The notes: generated by a model not told the origin, from the sequence alone. A DNA stretch of 51,454 nucleotides from Monosiga brevicollis MX1 (GCF_000002865.3 NW_001865083.1:39585-91038), one strand, 5' to 3'. Positions 11,681 through 23,535 are shown, numbered from the stretch's first letter. Numbers and translations are program-made.

Positions 11681-12946
11681 ATGCGAGTTCGGGCACAACG
11701 GCGACTGATCTGCAGCGTCCTTCTGGTTTGCGCCGTGGGTGCCAGTGGTCAGGATCCATCCATTGCCGTGGATGAGGATGGGGCGCTGTTGATCAACGCG
11801 AGCAACCGTGTGGTGTTTAATGGTGTGGATGTGCTGGCCGTGCTCACGGCGATGGCTGTTGATTTGAACCCGCGGCGCGTGATGGCACCACTGGAGAGTC
11901 ACACGATTACCACCAACGCCATGTCGGCGCGTTCAGTGTATGCGGCAGATCTGGACAATGACGGCCATATCGACGTGCTCAGTGCTAGCTCGGCCGATGA
12001 CAAAATTGCCTGGTATCACAACCATGGTAACGGCACCTTCTCTACACAGAACATCATCGCCACAAACGAAACTGACACCTACTCGGTGTTTGCGGCAGAT
12101 CTGGACAACGATGGTCATACTGACGTCCTCAGCACCAGCTTCCTGGAGCACAGGGTTGCGTGGTATCGCAACCGTGGTGACGGCACGTTTTCCTCGCGGC
12201 GCATTGTCACCACTGACGCCGATGGTGCAATCGCAGTGTATGCGGCCGACCTGGACAACGACCGTGATCTCGACATTCTCAGCGCCAGTCGCGACGATCA
12301 CAAGATTGCCTGGTACCGCAACAATGGTGACGGCACTTTTTCCTCCCAAAAGGTCATCACCACCAATGTCGATGGTGCCGACTCGGTGTTTGCGGCAGAC
12401 CTGAACAACGACGGCGCCCTCGACATTCTCAGTGCCAGCCGCGACGACAACCAGATTGCCTGGTACCGCAACGATGGCGATGGCAACTTTTCCACACAGA
12501 TGGTCATTACCACAGATGCCGATGGCGCCATGTCGGTGTTTGCGGCTGACCTGGACAACGACGGTGCCGTGGATGTCCTCAGCGCTAGCCATCATGACAA
12601 CAAGATTGCGTGGTACCGCAACAATGGTGACGGCAACTTTTCCGCACAGATGGTCATCACCACAGAGGCCGAAGGCGCGAGCTCAGTCTATGCGGTGGAC
12701 TTGGACAACGACGGCCACCTCGACGTCCTGAGCGCCAGCTCCAGCGACGGCAAAATTGCGTGGTACCGTAACAACGGTGACGGCACGTTTTCTTCGCAAA
12801 TTGCCATTGTGACGGAGGGGGGTGGGGCCCACTCGGTATTTGCGGCAGATTTGGACAATGACGGCCACCTCGACGTCCTCGGTGCCATTACCTACGAGAA
12901 CAAGATTGCGTGGTACCGCAATCAAATTGGTCAAATGCTTTTATAA
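11681..12946 (+). CDS. Secreted 7-bladed FG-GAP beta-propeller protein 3, intronless
   Basis: Likely start MRVRAQRRLICSVLLVCAVGA; module PSIAVDEDGALLINASNRVVFNGVDVL; seven repeats. Confidence 0.92.
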   Translation: MRVRAQRRLICSVLLVCAVGASGQDPSIAVDEDGALLINASNRVVFNGVDVLAVLTAMAVDLNPRRVMAPLESHTITTNAMSARSVYAADLDNDGHIDVLSASSADDKIAWYHNHGNGTFSTQNIIATNETDTYSVFAADLDNDGHTDVLSTSFLEHRVAWYRNRGDGTFSSRRIVTTDADGAIAVYAADLDNDRDLDILSASRDDHKIAWYRNNGDGTFSSQKVITTNVDGADSVFAADLNNDGALDILSASRDDNQIAWYRNDGDGNFSTQMVITTDADGAMSVFAADLDNDGAVDVLSASHHDNKIAWYRNNGDGNFSAQMVITTEAEGASSVYAVDLDNDGHLDVLSASSSDGKIAWYRNNGDGTFSSQIAIVTEGGGAHSVFAADLDNDGHLDVLGAITYENKIAWYRNQIGQMLL

Positions 12947-13341
12947 ACTTGCTTGGCGGCTGCGCGCGTCTGACCAGCCAAACTGCTCTGCACCGAGAGT
13001 GCCGCAACATCGCGCCCAACAGCGCCGCGCGACCATTGATCAGGCCAGGAGCATTTCTGCCAATGCGTCACCCCTGCAGTGCACAGCGTCTCCGCTCGGG
13101 TACCTTGGTCTCTAAAGGAATACGAATGCACACTTCTGACTGTACCTGAATTCAAGAGAAAAGAATGCAATTCATAAACACTGTCTCTTATCATCAAGAA
13201 CAACTTCTTTACCACACGTAACAGCAAAAAGAGCTTTGAATTTTTATAACATTCGGATGTAAACTTTCATAATAAATTAAAAATGTCAGAATATTATGAC
13301 ATCTGAGCACTTTCTTTTTTCTTTTGGTGTTCAAGAGCTCG

Positions 13342-14619
13342 ATGATGATGCGGGCACTGGTGGCGTCCAGCGTCCTCGTGCTTCTGGGCTGGGCTGTGAC
13401 GGCCAGTGAGGATGATGATGTGCCGGTTATTGCCGTGGGTGAGGATGGGGCGTTGTTGATCAATGCGAGCAATCGTGTGGTGGTCAATGGTGTGGATGTG
13501 CTGGCCGTGCTCACGGCGATGGCGATTGATTTGAACCCGCGGCGTGTGATGGCCCCTGTGGAGAGTCACGCGATTACCGCCAACGCCGGGTCGGCGCGTT
13601 CGGTGTATGCGGCAGATCTGGACAACGACGGACATATCGACGTCCTCAGTGCCAGCGTGTCGGACAGCAAGATTGCCTGGTATCGCAACAATGGCAACGG
13701 CACCTTCTCTACTCAGAACATCATCACCCGAAGCGCCGTTTCTGCCTTTTCGGTGTTTGCGGCCGACCTCGACCGTGACGGTGATACTGACGTTCTCAGC
13801 GCCAGCTTCACCGATGACAAGATTGCGTGGTATCGCAACCGTGGTGATGGCACGTTTTCCGCACAGATCACCATCAGTGCAGAGGCCGATGGTGCGTCCT
13901 CGGTGTACGCGGCGGACCTGGACGAAGATGGCGACTTTGACATTCTCAGCGCCAGCCACAAGGACGACAAGATTGCGTGGTACCGCAACAACGGCGATGG
14001 CAACTTTTCCGCACCGATTAACATCACCACAAACGCCGATGGTGCCTACTCGGTTTATGCGGCAGACCTGGACAACGACGGTGACATGGATGTTCTCAGC
14101 GCCAGCTACAACGACGACAAGATTGCGTGGTATCGCAACAATGGCGACGGCAACTTTTCCGCACCGATTAACATCACCACGGACGACAAGGGTGCGTCTT
14201 CAGTGTATGCGGCGGACCTGGACAACGACGGCGACATGGACGTGCTCAGCGCCAGTGTTCATGACGACAAGATTGCGTGGTACCGCAATCATGGTAATGG
14301 CACCTTTTCCGCGCCAAACGTTGTCACCACAGACGCCCTCTACGCGCGCTCAGTGTATGCCGCAGACCTGGACAAGGATGGCAACCTGGACATTCTCAGT
14401 GCCAGTATTGATGACGACAAGATTGCCTGGTACCGCAATCATGGTAACGGCACCTTTTCCTCGCAGATGAGCATCACCACGGACGTCGGCGGTGCGTACT
14501 CGGTGTTTGCGGCGGACCTAGACAACGACGGCAACCTCGACGTTCTCAGTGCCGGCTCGCATGATGGCAAGATTACGTGGTATCGCAACCAGATGAGGCA
14601 AGTACTATTAAACTTGTAG
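13342..14619 (+). CDS. Secreted 7-bladed FG-GAP beta-propeller protein 4, intronless
   Basis: Start MMMRALVASSVLVLLGWAVTA; same module; seven repeats. Confidence 0.92.
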   Translation: MMMRALVASSVLVLLGWAVTASEDDDVPVIAVGEDGALLINASNRVVVNGVDVLAVLTAMAIDLNPRRVMAPVESHAITANAGSARSVYAADLDNDGHIDVLSASVSDSKIAWYRNNGNGTFSTQNIITRSAVSAFSVFAADLDRDGDTDVLSASFTDDKIAWYRNRGDGTFSAQITISAEADGASSVYAADLDEDGDFDILSASHKDDKIAWYRNNGDGNFSAPINITTNADGAYSVYAADLDNDGDMDVLSASYNDDKIAWYRNNGDGNFSAPINITTDDKGASSVYAADLDNDGDMDVLSASVHDDKIAWYRNHGNGTFSAPNVVTTDALYARSVYAADLDKDGNLDILSASIDDDKIAWYRNHGNGTFSSQMSITTDVGGAYSVFAADLDNDGNLDVLSAGSHDGKITWYRNQMRQVLLNL

Positions 14620-15079
14620 CCGACTCCACGGACCTTGATCAGGGCCTTGGGCGGTGCGTGAATCCTTTTTTTTTTTTTTTTTTTTTTTTCTGTGTCTGGC
14701 AAGCCAGGTTACCCGAACATCGTGAGGGACTCAGATAGCTCGAAGCGCTACAACGCATTGAGAGTCATACTTTTCTGTTTTCGCGCACCATTATCCGCCT
14801 CTGTGAACCATCAACAGGTGGCACAGCTTGAATCGAAATACTTTTCCCAACGAACAACGCACGCCTCACTCTCACTCGACGCTCACACAGAGCATAAGCG
14901 AGAGCAAGAGCGAGAACGAGATTCCACGTACAGCTGCTCACATCTTCCCCCGTCCCCATCAGCCGTCTCCTCGACCCATCGCCCATCGCCCATCCGCCCA
15001 TCGCACAACGACCCGCCGTGACGCAGACCCCCATATAACACACATCACTGATTGTCAGAAAATTATTGTCAGAAGGTTC

Positions 15080-15202
15080 TCAGAGAGACGAGAGAAGACA
15101 GAGAGATGAGAGAAGACAGGAGACAGAGAGACAGAGAGACAGGGAGAGAGACTGAGAGACAGAGAGACAGAGAGACAGAGAGACAGAGAGACAGAGAGAC
15201 TG
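15080..15202. repeat. GA/GACA-rich simple repeat abutting the gap
   Basis: (AGAGAC/AGAGAGAC)n. Confidence 0.9.
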
Positions 15203-16111
15203 NNNNNNNNNNNNNNNNNNNNNNNNNNNNNNNNNNNNNNNNNNNNNNNNNNNNNNNNNNNNNNNNNNNNNNNNNNNNNNNNNNNNNNNNNNNNNNNNNN
15301 NNNNNNNNNNNNNNNNNNNNNNNNNNNNNNNNNNNNNNNNNNNNNNNNNNNNNNNNNNNNNNNNNNNNNNNNNNNNNNNNNNNNNNNNNNNNNNNNNNNN
15401 NNNNNNNNNNNNNNNNNNNNNNNNNNNNNNNNNNNNNNNNNNNNNNNNNNNNNNNNNNNNNNNNNNNNNNNNNNNNNNNNNNNNNNNNNNNNNNNNNNNN
15501 NNNNNNNNNNNNNNNNNNNNNNNNNNNNNNNNNNNNNNNNNNNNNNNNNNNNNNNNNNNNNNNNNNNNNNNNNNNNNNNNNNNNNNNNNNNNNNNNNNNN
15601 NNNNNNNNNNNNNNNNNNNNNNNNNNNNNNNNNNNNNNNNNNNNNNNNNNNNNNNNNNNNNNNNNNNNNNNNNNNNNNNNNNNNNNNNNNNNNNNNNNNN
15701 NNNNNNNNNNNNNNNNNNNNNNNNNNNNNNNNNNNNNNNNNNNNNNNNNNNNNNNNNNNNNNNNNNNNNNNNNNNNNNNNNNNNNNNNNNNNNNNNNNNN
15801 NNNNNNNNNNNNNNNNNNNNNNNNNNNNNNNNNNNNNNNNNNNNNNNNNNNNNNNNNNNNNNNNNNNNNNNNNNNNNNNNNNNNNNNNNNNNNNNNNNNN
15901 NNNNNNNNNNNNNNNNNNNNNNNNNNNNNNNNNNNNNNNNNNNNNNNNNNNNNNNNNNNNNNNNNNNNNNNNNNNNNNNNNNNNNNNNNNNNNNNNNNNN
16001 NNNNNNNNNNNNNNNNNNNNNNNNNNNNNNNNNNNNNNNNNNNNNNNNNNNNNNNNNNNNNNNNNNNNNNNNNNNNNNNNNNNNNNNNNNNNNNNNNNNN
16101 NNNNNNNNNNN
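15203..16111. other. Assembly gap (N run)
   Basis: Run of N. Confidence 1.
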
Positions 16112-16249
16112 CCACACACACACACGCGCGCGCACTTTCCCTCTTTATCTGCACAGAGTCAAAAAAAAAAGCACATTATCAGCATTGTGACATTAAATTT
16201 TTTTTCATACATCCGATAAAATCTCTCTCTCAAACCGACCAAACCAATT

Positions 16250-16507
16250 CATCTCTCTTCTCTCTCCCTCTGTCTCTGTCTCTGTCTTGGTCTCTGTCTC
16301 TGTCTCTGTCTCTCTCTCTGTCTCTCTCTCTGTCTCTCTCTCTGTCTCTCTCTCTGTCTCTCTCTCTGTCTCTCTCTCTGTCTCTCTCTCTGTCTCTCTC
16401 GCTCTCTCTCTTTCTCTCTCTCTGTCTCTCACCAAATCAATTCATCTCTCTCTCTCTCTCTCTCCCTCTCTGTCTCTCTCTCTGTCTCTCTCTCTGTCTC
16501 TCTCTCG

Positions 16508-16538
<31 letters not shown>

Positions 16539-16625
16539 TCTGTCTCTCACCAAATCAATTCATCTCTCTCTCTCTCTTCTCTCTCTCTTCTCTCTCCCTC
16601 TCTCTCTTCTCTTTCTCTCTCTCTG

Positions 16626-16667
<42 letters not shown>

Positions 16668-16791
16668 TTTCAATCTCTCTCTCTCTGAATGAGCATCCCA
16701 TACGATACACACACTTTATCCAGGGTACGTATTGAGAGCCCCATGATGTGCGTACAGCGAGAGGACGTCCCGCTTTCTGCCCCGTGTCCTC

Positions 16792-16835
<44 letters not shown>
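16250..16835. repeat. Long CT-rich microsatellite followed by (TG)n
   Basis: (TC)n and (TCTCTCTCTG)n at 16250-16686; (TG)n at ~16793-16835. Confidence 0.95.
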
Positions 16836-16837
<2 letters not shown>

Positions 16838-17583
16838 TGGCGGACGGGCGGGCGTTCCTGGGGCTTGGCTCGCTTGTGTCTGCGCTCGCTTGTTGGCCCC
16901 TTCTTCTGTTTCTGCGTGCGTGTCCTCTTGTCTCTCTGCGCTCTGTCGCACCGCTGAGGACTGACGCTGACCTTGCACCGTGTCTGTGCGATCTTCGCGC
17001 GTCCTCTGTGATCTTGCTCTTTGCGATCGATCACCGCCTGCGCTCGTTCGCCCCCTGTGCCCGACCTCTGTGCTCGTGCTTTGTGATCATACTGCGTGTT
17101 GGTTCTTCCTCTTTGCCCGTCGTCCTTTTTTGTGGCTCGTGCGGTCTCGGATCTGATCCTCAGATCTAAACGTTGGTGTTGAGATCTGATCATTGGTCCG
17201 TGCGTGGCCCATTCTCCCCGGGTGCTGCTGCCACCGCCGACTCTTTCTCCCCCGACCGCGTCGACAAAGCCTTTATCGACGCCATCGTCGTCTTTGTCTT
17301 TTTCGTTTTTTTTTTTTTTTTCGGCAATCTCGCTTGTCTCTCATCCTCTGCTCCTCCGACCCTTTACCGTCCACCTGTTGCTGGCAAAGGCGTCCTCGCC
17401 TTGTTCACATCAGTCCATAGACGCCATACTAGCTGGTTCACCAGACCAGCACCCTTGCTTTGTTCGTCCCGCTCCTTGTCCGGCCCCGGGGGGCTCGACC
17501 CTTTTCCTTTTCCGGAGCTCGACCCTTTTCCGGAGCTCGATCGACGGCGAGAGGACATCAGCCAAAGTGCCTCAGACGACAGG

Positions 17584-20430
17584 ATGCGGCTCAAACACCA
17601 AGCCAATGCCCATGCATGGATGTTGCTGGCAATCATGGCGATTGCGAGTCGGGGTAAGCTGAAAAAAAAATCTTGGCACACGCCGCGAACTCATGAAAAA
17701 AAAAAAAAGAGAGAGAGAGACAGAACCATCACGACTGATCCACCTCCGATGCCGATGGCACCTCATAGATGTGGCAGCCGATGTTCTTACAGTGTCCGTA
17801 GGATCTGGCAGCTTTGATGACCTTGGTGAGCTTTTCTTGATGGGATGCTAGTGCCGCAATCGCCTACCCTGCTTACGACATTTGACCGTACGTTGTAGAT
17901 CCCGTTGCTTGGGAAAGCGACATTTATCTGCAATTTGTCTTTGGCAACCGCGTCCACACTACAAGCACAATTGAAGACGACAACTGTGCGCCCCTTTGCC
18001 TTCACCCGCCTTTGCCCTCACCACACCATACGGACCGTGTTACTTCAGCTGATCCCACGCAACCTCGTCCCTTTCCTCCATTATTGCTCCCCTTTCGTTG
18101 CTCCCTTGCTCGGCCTTTAGACCCCGACTGGAATGGACAGACGATTACCATTTCTTTGGTTTCTAGAACCGTCAGTGGCTCGCCGTGTGCTCATCCCCTT
18201 CGGCCTTGGACATTGATTTATCTTGCTCATGCCGTATTCCGGGCCATGCCCTTGCCCGCACGGGTGACGCTTTGCATTGACCTGCTAGTCATCGATAACT
18301 GTCCGCGCTTACGACGCTGACGTCGGTTCACTCGACGAATCAGTTAGTCTATCAATGCCAAACTCTTTCCTTCCCACCCCATGTTTGATTCCTGATTCGA
18401 CCTGACAAGCGCACTTGCCTTCCCCCCTTCATCAGGCAGGCTCGACAACCATGAGCAGCATCCATGTGTATCGGCAACGCCGTACACTGAGATTCTCTCG
18501 CGGTTCAGTCTCAGTCACTCTCACATACAACCCTTGTGAGTACCCATCGCCAAGCATCTTGACCGGCTTGAAGGGCTCATGACGTTTGTCCTTCACCCAT
18601 TCTACACAATCGAGCGCAGATAATGTTTGTTACGCAGGCACCGACAACTGCGGAAGCAACACGGCCTGCGTGTTCACAGGCCATAGGGCCTACGTCTGCC
18701 AATGTAACGCGGGCTACTATCACCCCTATAGCGGGAGCAGGAACGGCATCTCATGCACCCCTTGGCAACAATGCAATGGCACTGAATACGAGCACAACGA
18801 ACCAAACGCCGTGACAGATCGAGAGTGTCGAACCTGCGTGACTACCTCATATGGAGCCGATCCGACACGCGGGGATCAAGTAGTTGCCGTTGACAACTGC
18901 GGCGGCCTTCGCTTCGAAGCCACTGCAGGCGTCCACATGAACGGGGTCAACGTCCTTGACCGCTTGAACGTGCTCGAGGATCTCGTCAAACTTCATCCCG
19001 GATTTGTCGTGCCTGAACCCGAGACACTTGTGGCCAATACCGATGCACCATCCATTGCTGTGGACAACAACGGCACCCTCCACATCAACGCCTCAGGTCG
19101 CATCCTGATCAACGGCGCTGATCTCGCCGAGCGCTTTACCCTGCTTGAAGCGTTGGCTCAGCTCCACCCCGATCTGCCACCGCCTCCACCCAACGAGCAT
19201 CAGAGCAATGTCACCGAGCCCTCCATCTCCATCGGCGACAACAACTACCTGCTCATCGACGCCACCAATGGCATTCTGATTAATGGCGTCGATGCCTTGG
19301 AGCGGCTGCAAGTTGTAAAATCGCTGGTGCAGCTCCACCTCGAATCACTGGTGCCGCAGTTTGAGAGGCGTGCCATTTCCACCACCGCCGACGGAGCATC
19401 TGTGGTGCTTGCAGTCGACCTGGACAACGACGGCAACGTGGATGTCCTCGGTGCCAGCATAGAGGACAGCACCATTGCGTGGTTCCGCAACAGTGGAAAC
19501 GGCTCTTCTTTCCAGCGAAACGTCATTACGGCCTCTGCAGTCGATATCGCGTCAGTGCATGCGGCAGACCTGGACGGCGATGGCGACAGCGACGTCCTCA
19601 GCGCCAGCTTTATCGATGACAGAATTACGTGGTACCGCAATAACGGAAACGGGACATTTGATGATCATGTTACCATTACCAACGCGGCTACTGAAGCGCG
19701 CTCAGTGTACGCAGCGGATCTGGACAATGACGGCGACCTCGATGTCCTGAGCGCCGCCTATGGTATCGACACCATTGCGTGGTATCGCAATGATGGCACC
19801 TTTTCCGGCCCAATTGTCATCACCAACGCTGCCAACGGCGCGTTCTGCGTACATGCAGCTGACCTTGATAACGACGGAGATATGGATGTCCTCAGTGCTA
19901 ACTCAGTTGGCAATACGATCACCTGGTACCGCAACGACGGCACGGGCGTGTTTCCGCAGACACTGTTCGTTGCTTCCTCTGTCGATAGCCCGCGATCCGT
20001 CTATGCAGCAGATCTCAATCAGGATGGCTTCTTGGATGTCATCAGTGCCAACAGTGGCGACAATAGTATCGCATGGTACCAAAACCAGGGTGGCACTGGG
20101 TTTTCAGCGCCACATGTCATCACTACGACTGCCTCCTATGCCTTGGCAGTCTACGCAGCGGATCTGGATCAAGATGGGGACATGGACGTTCTCAGCGCTA
20201 GCGTAGTTGATAACAAAATTGCTTGGTATCGCAACAATGGCCAAGGCTCCTTTTCCAGCCCTTTTGTCATCTCGACCTCCGCCCTTTACGCGTATTCAGT
20301 CTACGCTGCAGACCTGGACCACGACGGTGATTTGGACGTACTCAGTGCCAGCAATTCCGACAACACGATTGCGTGGTACGCCTCCAATAGCCAACAGAAC
20401 GACAGACTCCGAGACAGTATCCGGACGTGA
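17584..20430 (+). CDS. Secreted multidomain protein: signal peptide - C2 domain - EGF - TNFR-like Cys repeat - 3x INGVDV module - 7-bladed FG-GAP propeller (7 exons)
   Basis: Phase-consistent exons 17584-17653, 17769-17825, 17899-17985, 18121-18170, 18289-18342, 18436-18535, 18620-20430. They give DVLTVSVGSGSFDDLDPVAWESDIYLQFVFGNRVHTTSTIEDDNYPDWN...ITVRAYDADVGSLDESAG (C2 pattern), a 6-Cys EGF, CTPWQQC..TDREC, and seven DLDNDG blades. Confidence 0.82.
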
Positions 20431-21077
20431 CCGATCATGATATTTTTAATTGACATGTGACTAGTGCAGCTTTGATCCAATGTGCAGTCGCGAGGCGGCG
20501 GAGTTTGCAGGCGAATTAGTAATAAAAAAAGGTCGGCCATTTCTGTACAAACTTTTTAAAGAAGAAGAATTGACATTTTTACCACTTTTGAACCTTGACA
20601 AGTCATGTACATTACTGACCTCGACCGCCAGATGAAGAAAGTCGTGCCACAGCTGGCACGGACGACTCGACTACCCCAGTCAAATTTGAAGTCGGCTTGA
20701 CGATGAGGAGAAGGAGACACGAGTGAGCTGTATAGCTTTGCAAGTTCGTGCCAACACAGATATCGCACAAACCGACTTGCAAATGCTCCCAAGCACCTTG
20801 GCAACCAGACACGCATCTACTGCATCCCATTGCCACAATACCCTACCCAAGCCCAACCGGTATCGATCGATCAGCTCGCGCAGTGCCACAGCCGCCACTA
20901 CCCGAGACACACGATTGTCATCAGTTGATGTCATGGTGGATAGAGACGAGGTGGCTCCCCACGCTATTTCGGTGATTGTTGGACTGTTTTGCTTGAAGCG
21001 TTTGGCAAACCCCGCCCTGCCCGTTTGACTTTATTTTCGGTTTGCATAGCATTGACAAACCACAAGCGTCACCCATT

Positions 21078-22097
21078 TCAATTCGTAGGTGTGACTTGAG
21101 CGGCCAGGCAGTCACAAAACATTTGTAGGTCTTGAAGATTGAACAATTGCGGATCCACGCGCGAGCCGATGCTATAGAGAACAGCAGCAACGCACCGGCG
21201 TCTCATCTGCTCCGCATGAATCAAGCCTTGAACTGCCGCCACATTGAAATCCGATGAGAGCAAGACAATGCGGACAATCACATGTGAATCAAATTTGCAC
21301 CTTGGGAATTCAAAGTTTGGGAGCAAGGGGTACGGCTTGCGCCCAATAGTTCTTCAATTAGCTACAAAGTGAAACAGGTTCATCGGTGAGCAAGCTTGCC
21401 TCTGCAATGAATACCACGAATAAAAAAAGAAGGCCCACCTCCCGCTCGATGGGGTCTCCGCGAATGAGCAAATCCAAGGGTCGTGCACCCGTCTGCCACA
21501 AGAGGCCATCAGGTGTCAATTGCGGGTGCAGCAGAATAGCGTAAAAAAAAAAGGCATCGTGGTTGAAGGCTTACAAGATCTCTCGCATCCGGGTCGGCAC
21601 CGTGCCGCAAGAGTTGGCGGATAACCTTTCGGTTGACAGAGATGGGAGTGCAGACTGTATGGAGCGGCGTTTGGCCGTCCTATATGATGTGCTCAATGTT
21701 TGAGATCATGAGGAACAAGTTCTTGGCGGGAGGAAGATACAGCAGGAAACAAGACGGGGTGGAGGGAGCACCGACGAGGAGAGGACGCGAAACGGTGAAA
21801 GAACAGGGATAGGGGGAAAGAAGAAAAGAAGCAAGGGGCAGAACGAACGCGGACGGGGAGCAGGGTGTAGAGGACAAAAAGACGGCACAGAGGCGACGAA
21901 CAGCGGGAACAGCAGCAGCCGCCAGAGGAAAAGGAAGGAAGAGGAAGGAAGAGGGAGATGCTGTACTGACGTCGGTCTTGGCGTCAGTATCAACACCGTG
22001 CTCCAACAGCATCTCCACCACCTCGACACGACCCTCACGGCAGGCCCAGTGCAGTGGTGTCCAGCCAAACTGTGGAATGATGCATCGGCATTAGGTA

Positions 22098-22144
<47 letters not shown>

Positions 22145-22550
22145 GCATCAGCATCATCATCATCATCATGTGGTCCAGGTGCACCATCATAGGGGGTTTA
22201 AAGGGGAAGGAGGGTACTGTACTGTACTGACGTTGGTCTTGGCTTTAGCATCAGCACCGTGCTTCAACAGCATCTCCACCACCTCGACATGATCGTTAAA
22301 GCAAGCCCAGTGCAGTGCTGTATGGCCATCCTGTAGGAAGATGCACACAATGTACACAACATCCACATGTCAGTGACACATCCACTTTGTAGCCAGTATC
22401 ACTTGACAGCATACCAAACAGCATACGTACCAAATTCTTGTATTGGGCGGCAGCTTGAATACGTTCATGGTCCCAACTGGTCAACAGCTGCACCGCCTTT
22501 TGTCGATTTGATACACACGCCCTGAACAGCTGCGCTCCATCATCACTCAT
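21078..22550 (-). CDS. Ankyrin-repeat protein, copy A (multi-exon; 3' end less certain)
   Basis: Exons 22550-22431; 22330-22232 (DGHTALHWACFNDHVEVVEMLLKHGAD, 99 nt); 22069-21971 (FGWTPLHWAC.., 99 nt); 21679-21575 (DGQTPLH..LLRHGADPDARD); then small exons to TGA at 21078. Confidence 0.8.
22097..22168. repeat. (CAT)n trinucleotide repeat inside an ankyrin-gene intron
   Basis: Direct reading. Confidence 0.9.
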
Positions 22551-23185
22551 GGTATCGGTATCTCTCTGTCTCTATTCTCCATCCGCTTCAAGGGACCTTT
22601 TGCTTCCCCTATCCACCAGGAATCTCATGAGCCCCCTCCAAGTACAACTCGTCTGACAATCCAAAGTTACGGATCTGCGTTCCCAAAACGGCAGCCGGTC
22701 AGTCACCCTTGTGCTTCCCCCCTGATGCGCCAAGCGACTGACCTCTGGCAAAAGCCCCGTTGATCAGCTTCAAAGGGGAGGGGGGGGGTGGTAGTTGAAG
22801 CAGCGCACGATCGGTGACCTTCACACCCACTGAAAAAAAAAAAAAAAAAAAGTGGCAGTGGATCTCTTTCAACCAAACCGACAAGGCCTCACCGCAAGGG
22901 AAGCTGCCGTACCACCAAAAATGCAAGCAGGATCAAGACCCCGCACGCAATAGCCCAACGCAACCAGCAGCCAGACCCCGATGCCGATCCCGCAACCCGC
23001 GACCCGATCCCGATCCCTCGATGCTAGCAGAAGCAGAAGCAGAAGCAGAAGCAGAGAAGCAGAAGAAAAGTGCAACACCCACACCAAAGGTTTTGACATA
23101 AGAAGAAAAAAAAGAAAAAAGAAGATTTTGTGAGTCAAATGTAAAATGTAAATCCGCCTTGGCTGTGTGCTCTTTTGAAACGTCA

Positions 23186-23246
23186 TGTGTGTGTGTGTGT
23201 GTGGTGTGTGTGTGTGTGCGTGTGTGTGTGTGTGTGTGCGTGTGTG

Positions 23247-23344
<98 letters not shown>

Positions 23345-23535
23345 TTGGTGGGTGGGGTGATACCGCCTTGGCTCGACACATTCGCACTCGTTGCCCCTGT
23401 AGAAAAGGGCCAAGACAACAATAACAATAACAACAACAACTACAACTACAACTACAACTACAACTACAACTACAACTACAACTACAACTACAACTACAAC
23501 TACAACTACATGTACAGCAACAACAACTACAACAA
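23186..23535. repeat. (TG)n microsatellite and (AACTAC)n hexamer repeat
   Basis: (TG)n at 23186-23342; (AAC)n/(AACTAC)n at ~23415-23535. Confidence 0.95.

Noticed and set aside
15052..16692. Long ORFs (546 aa etc.), also 4472-5217
   Set aside because: Artefacts of N gaps and CT/GA microsatellites.
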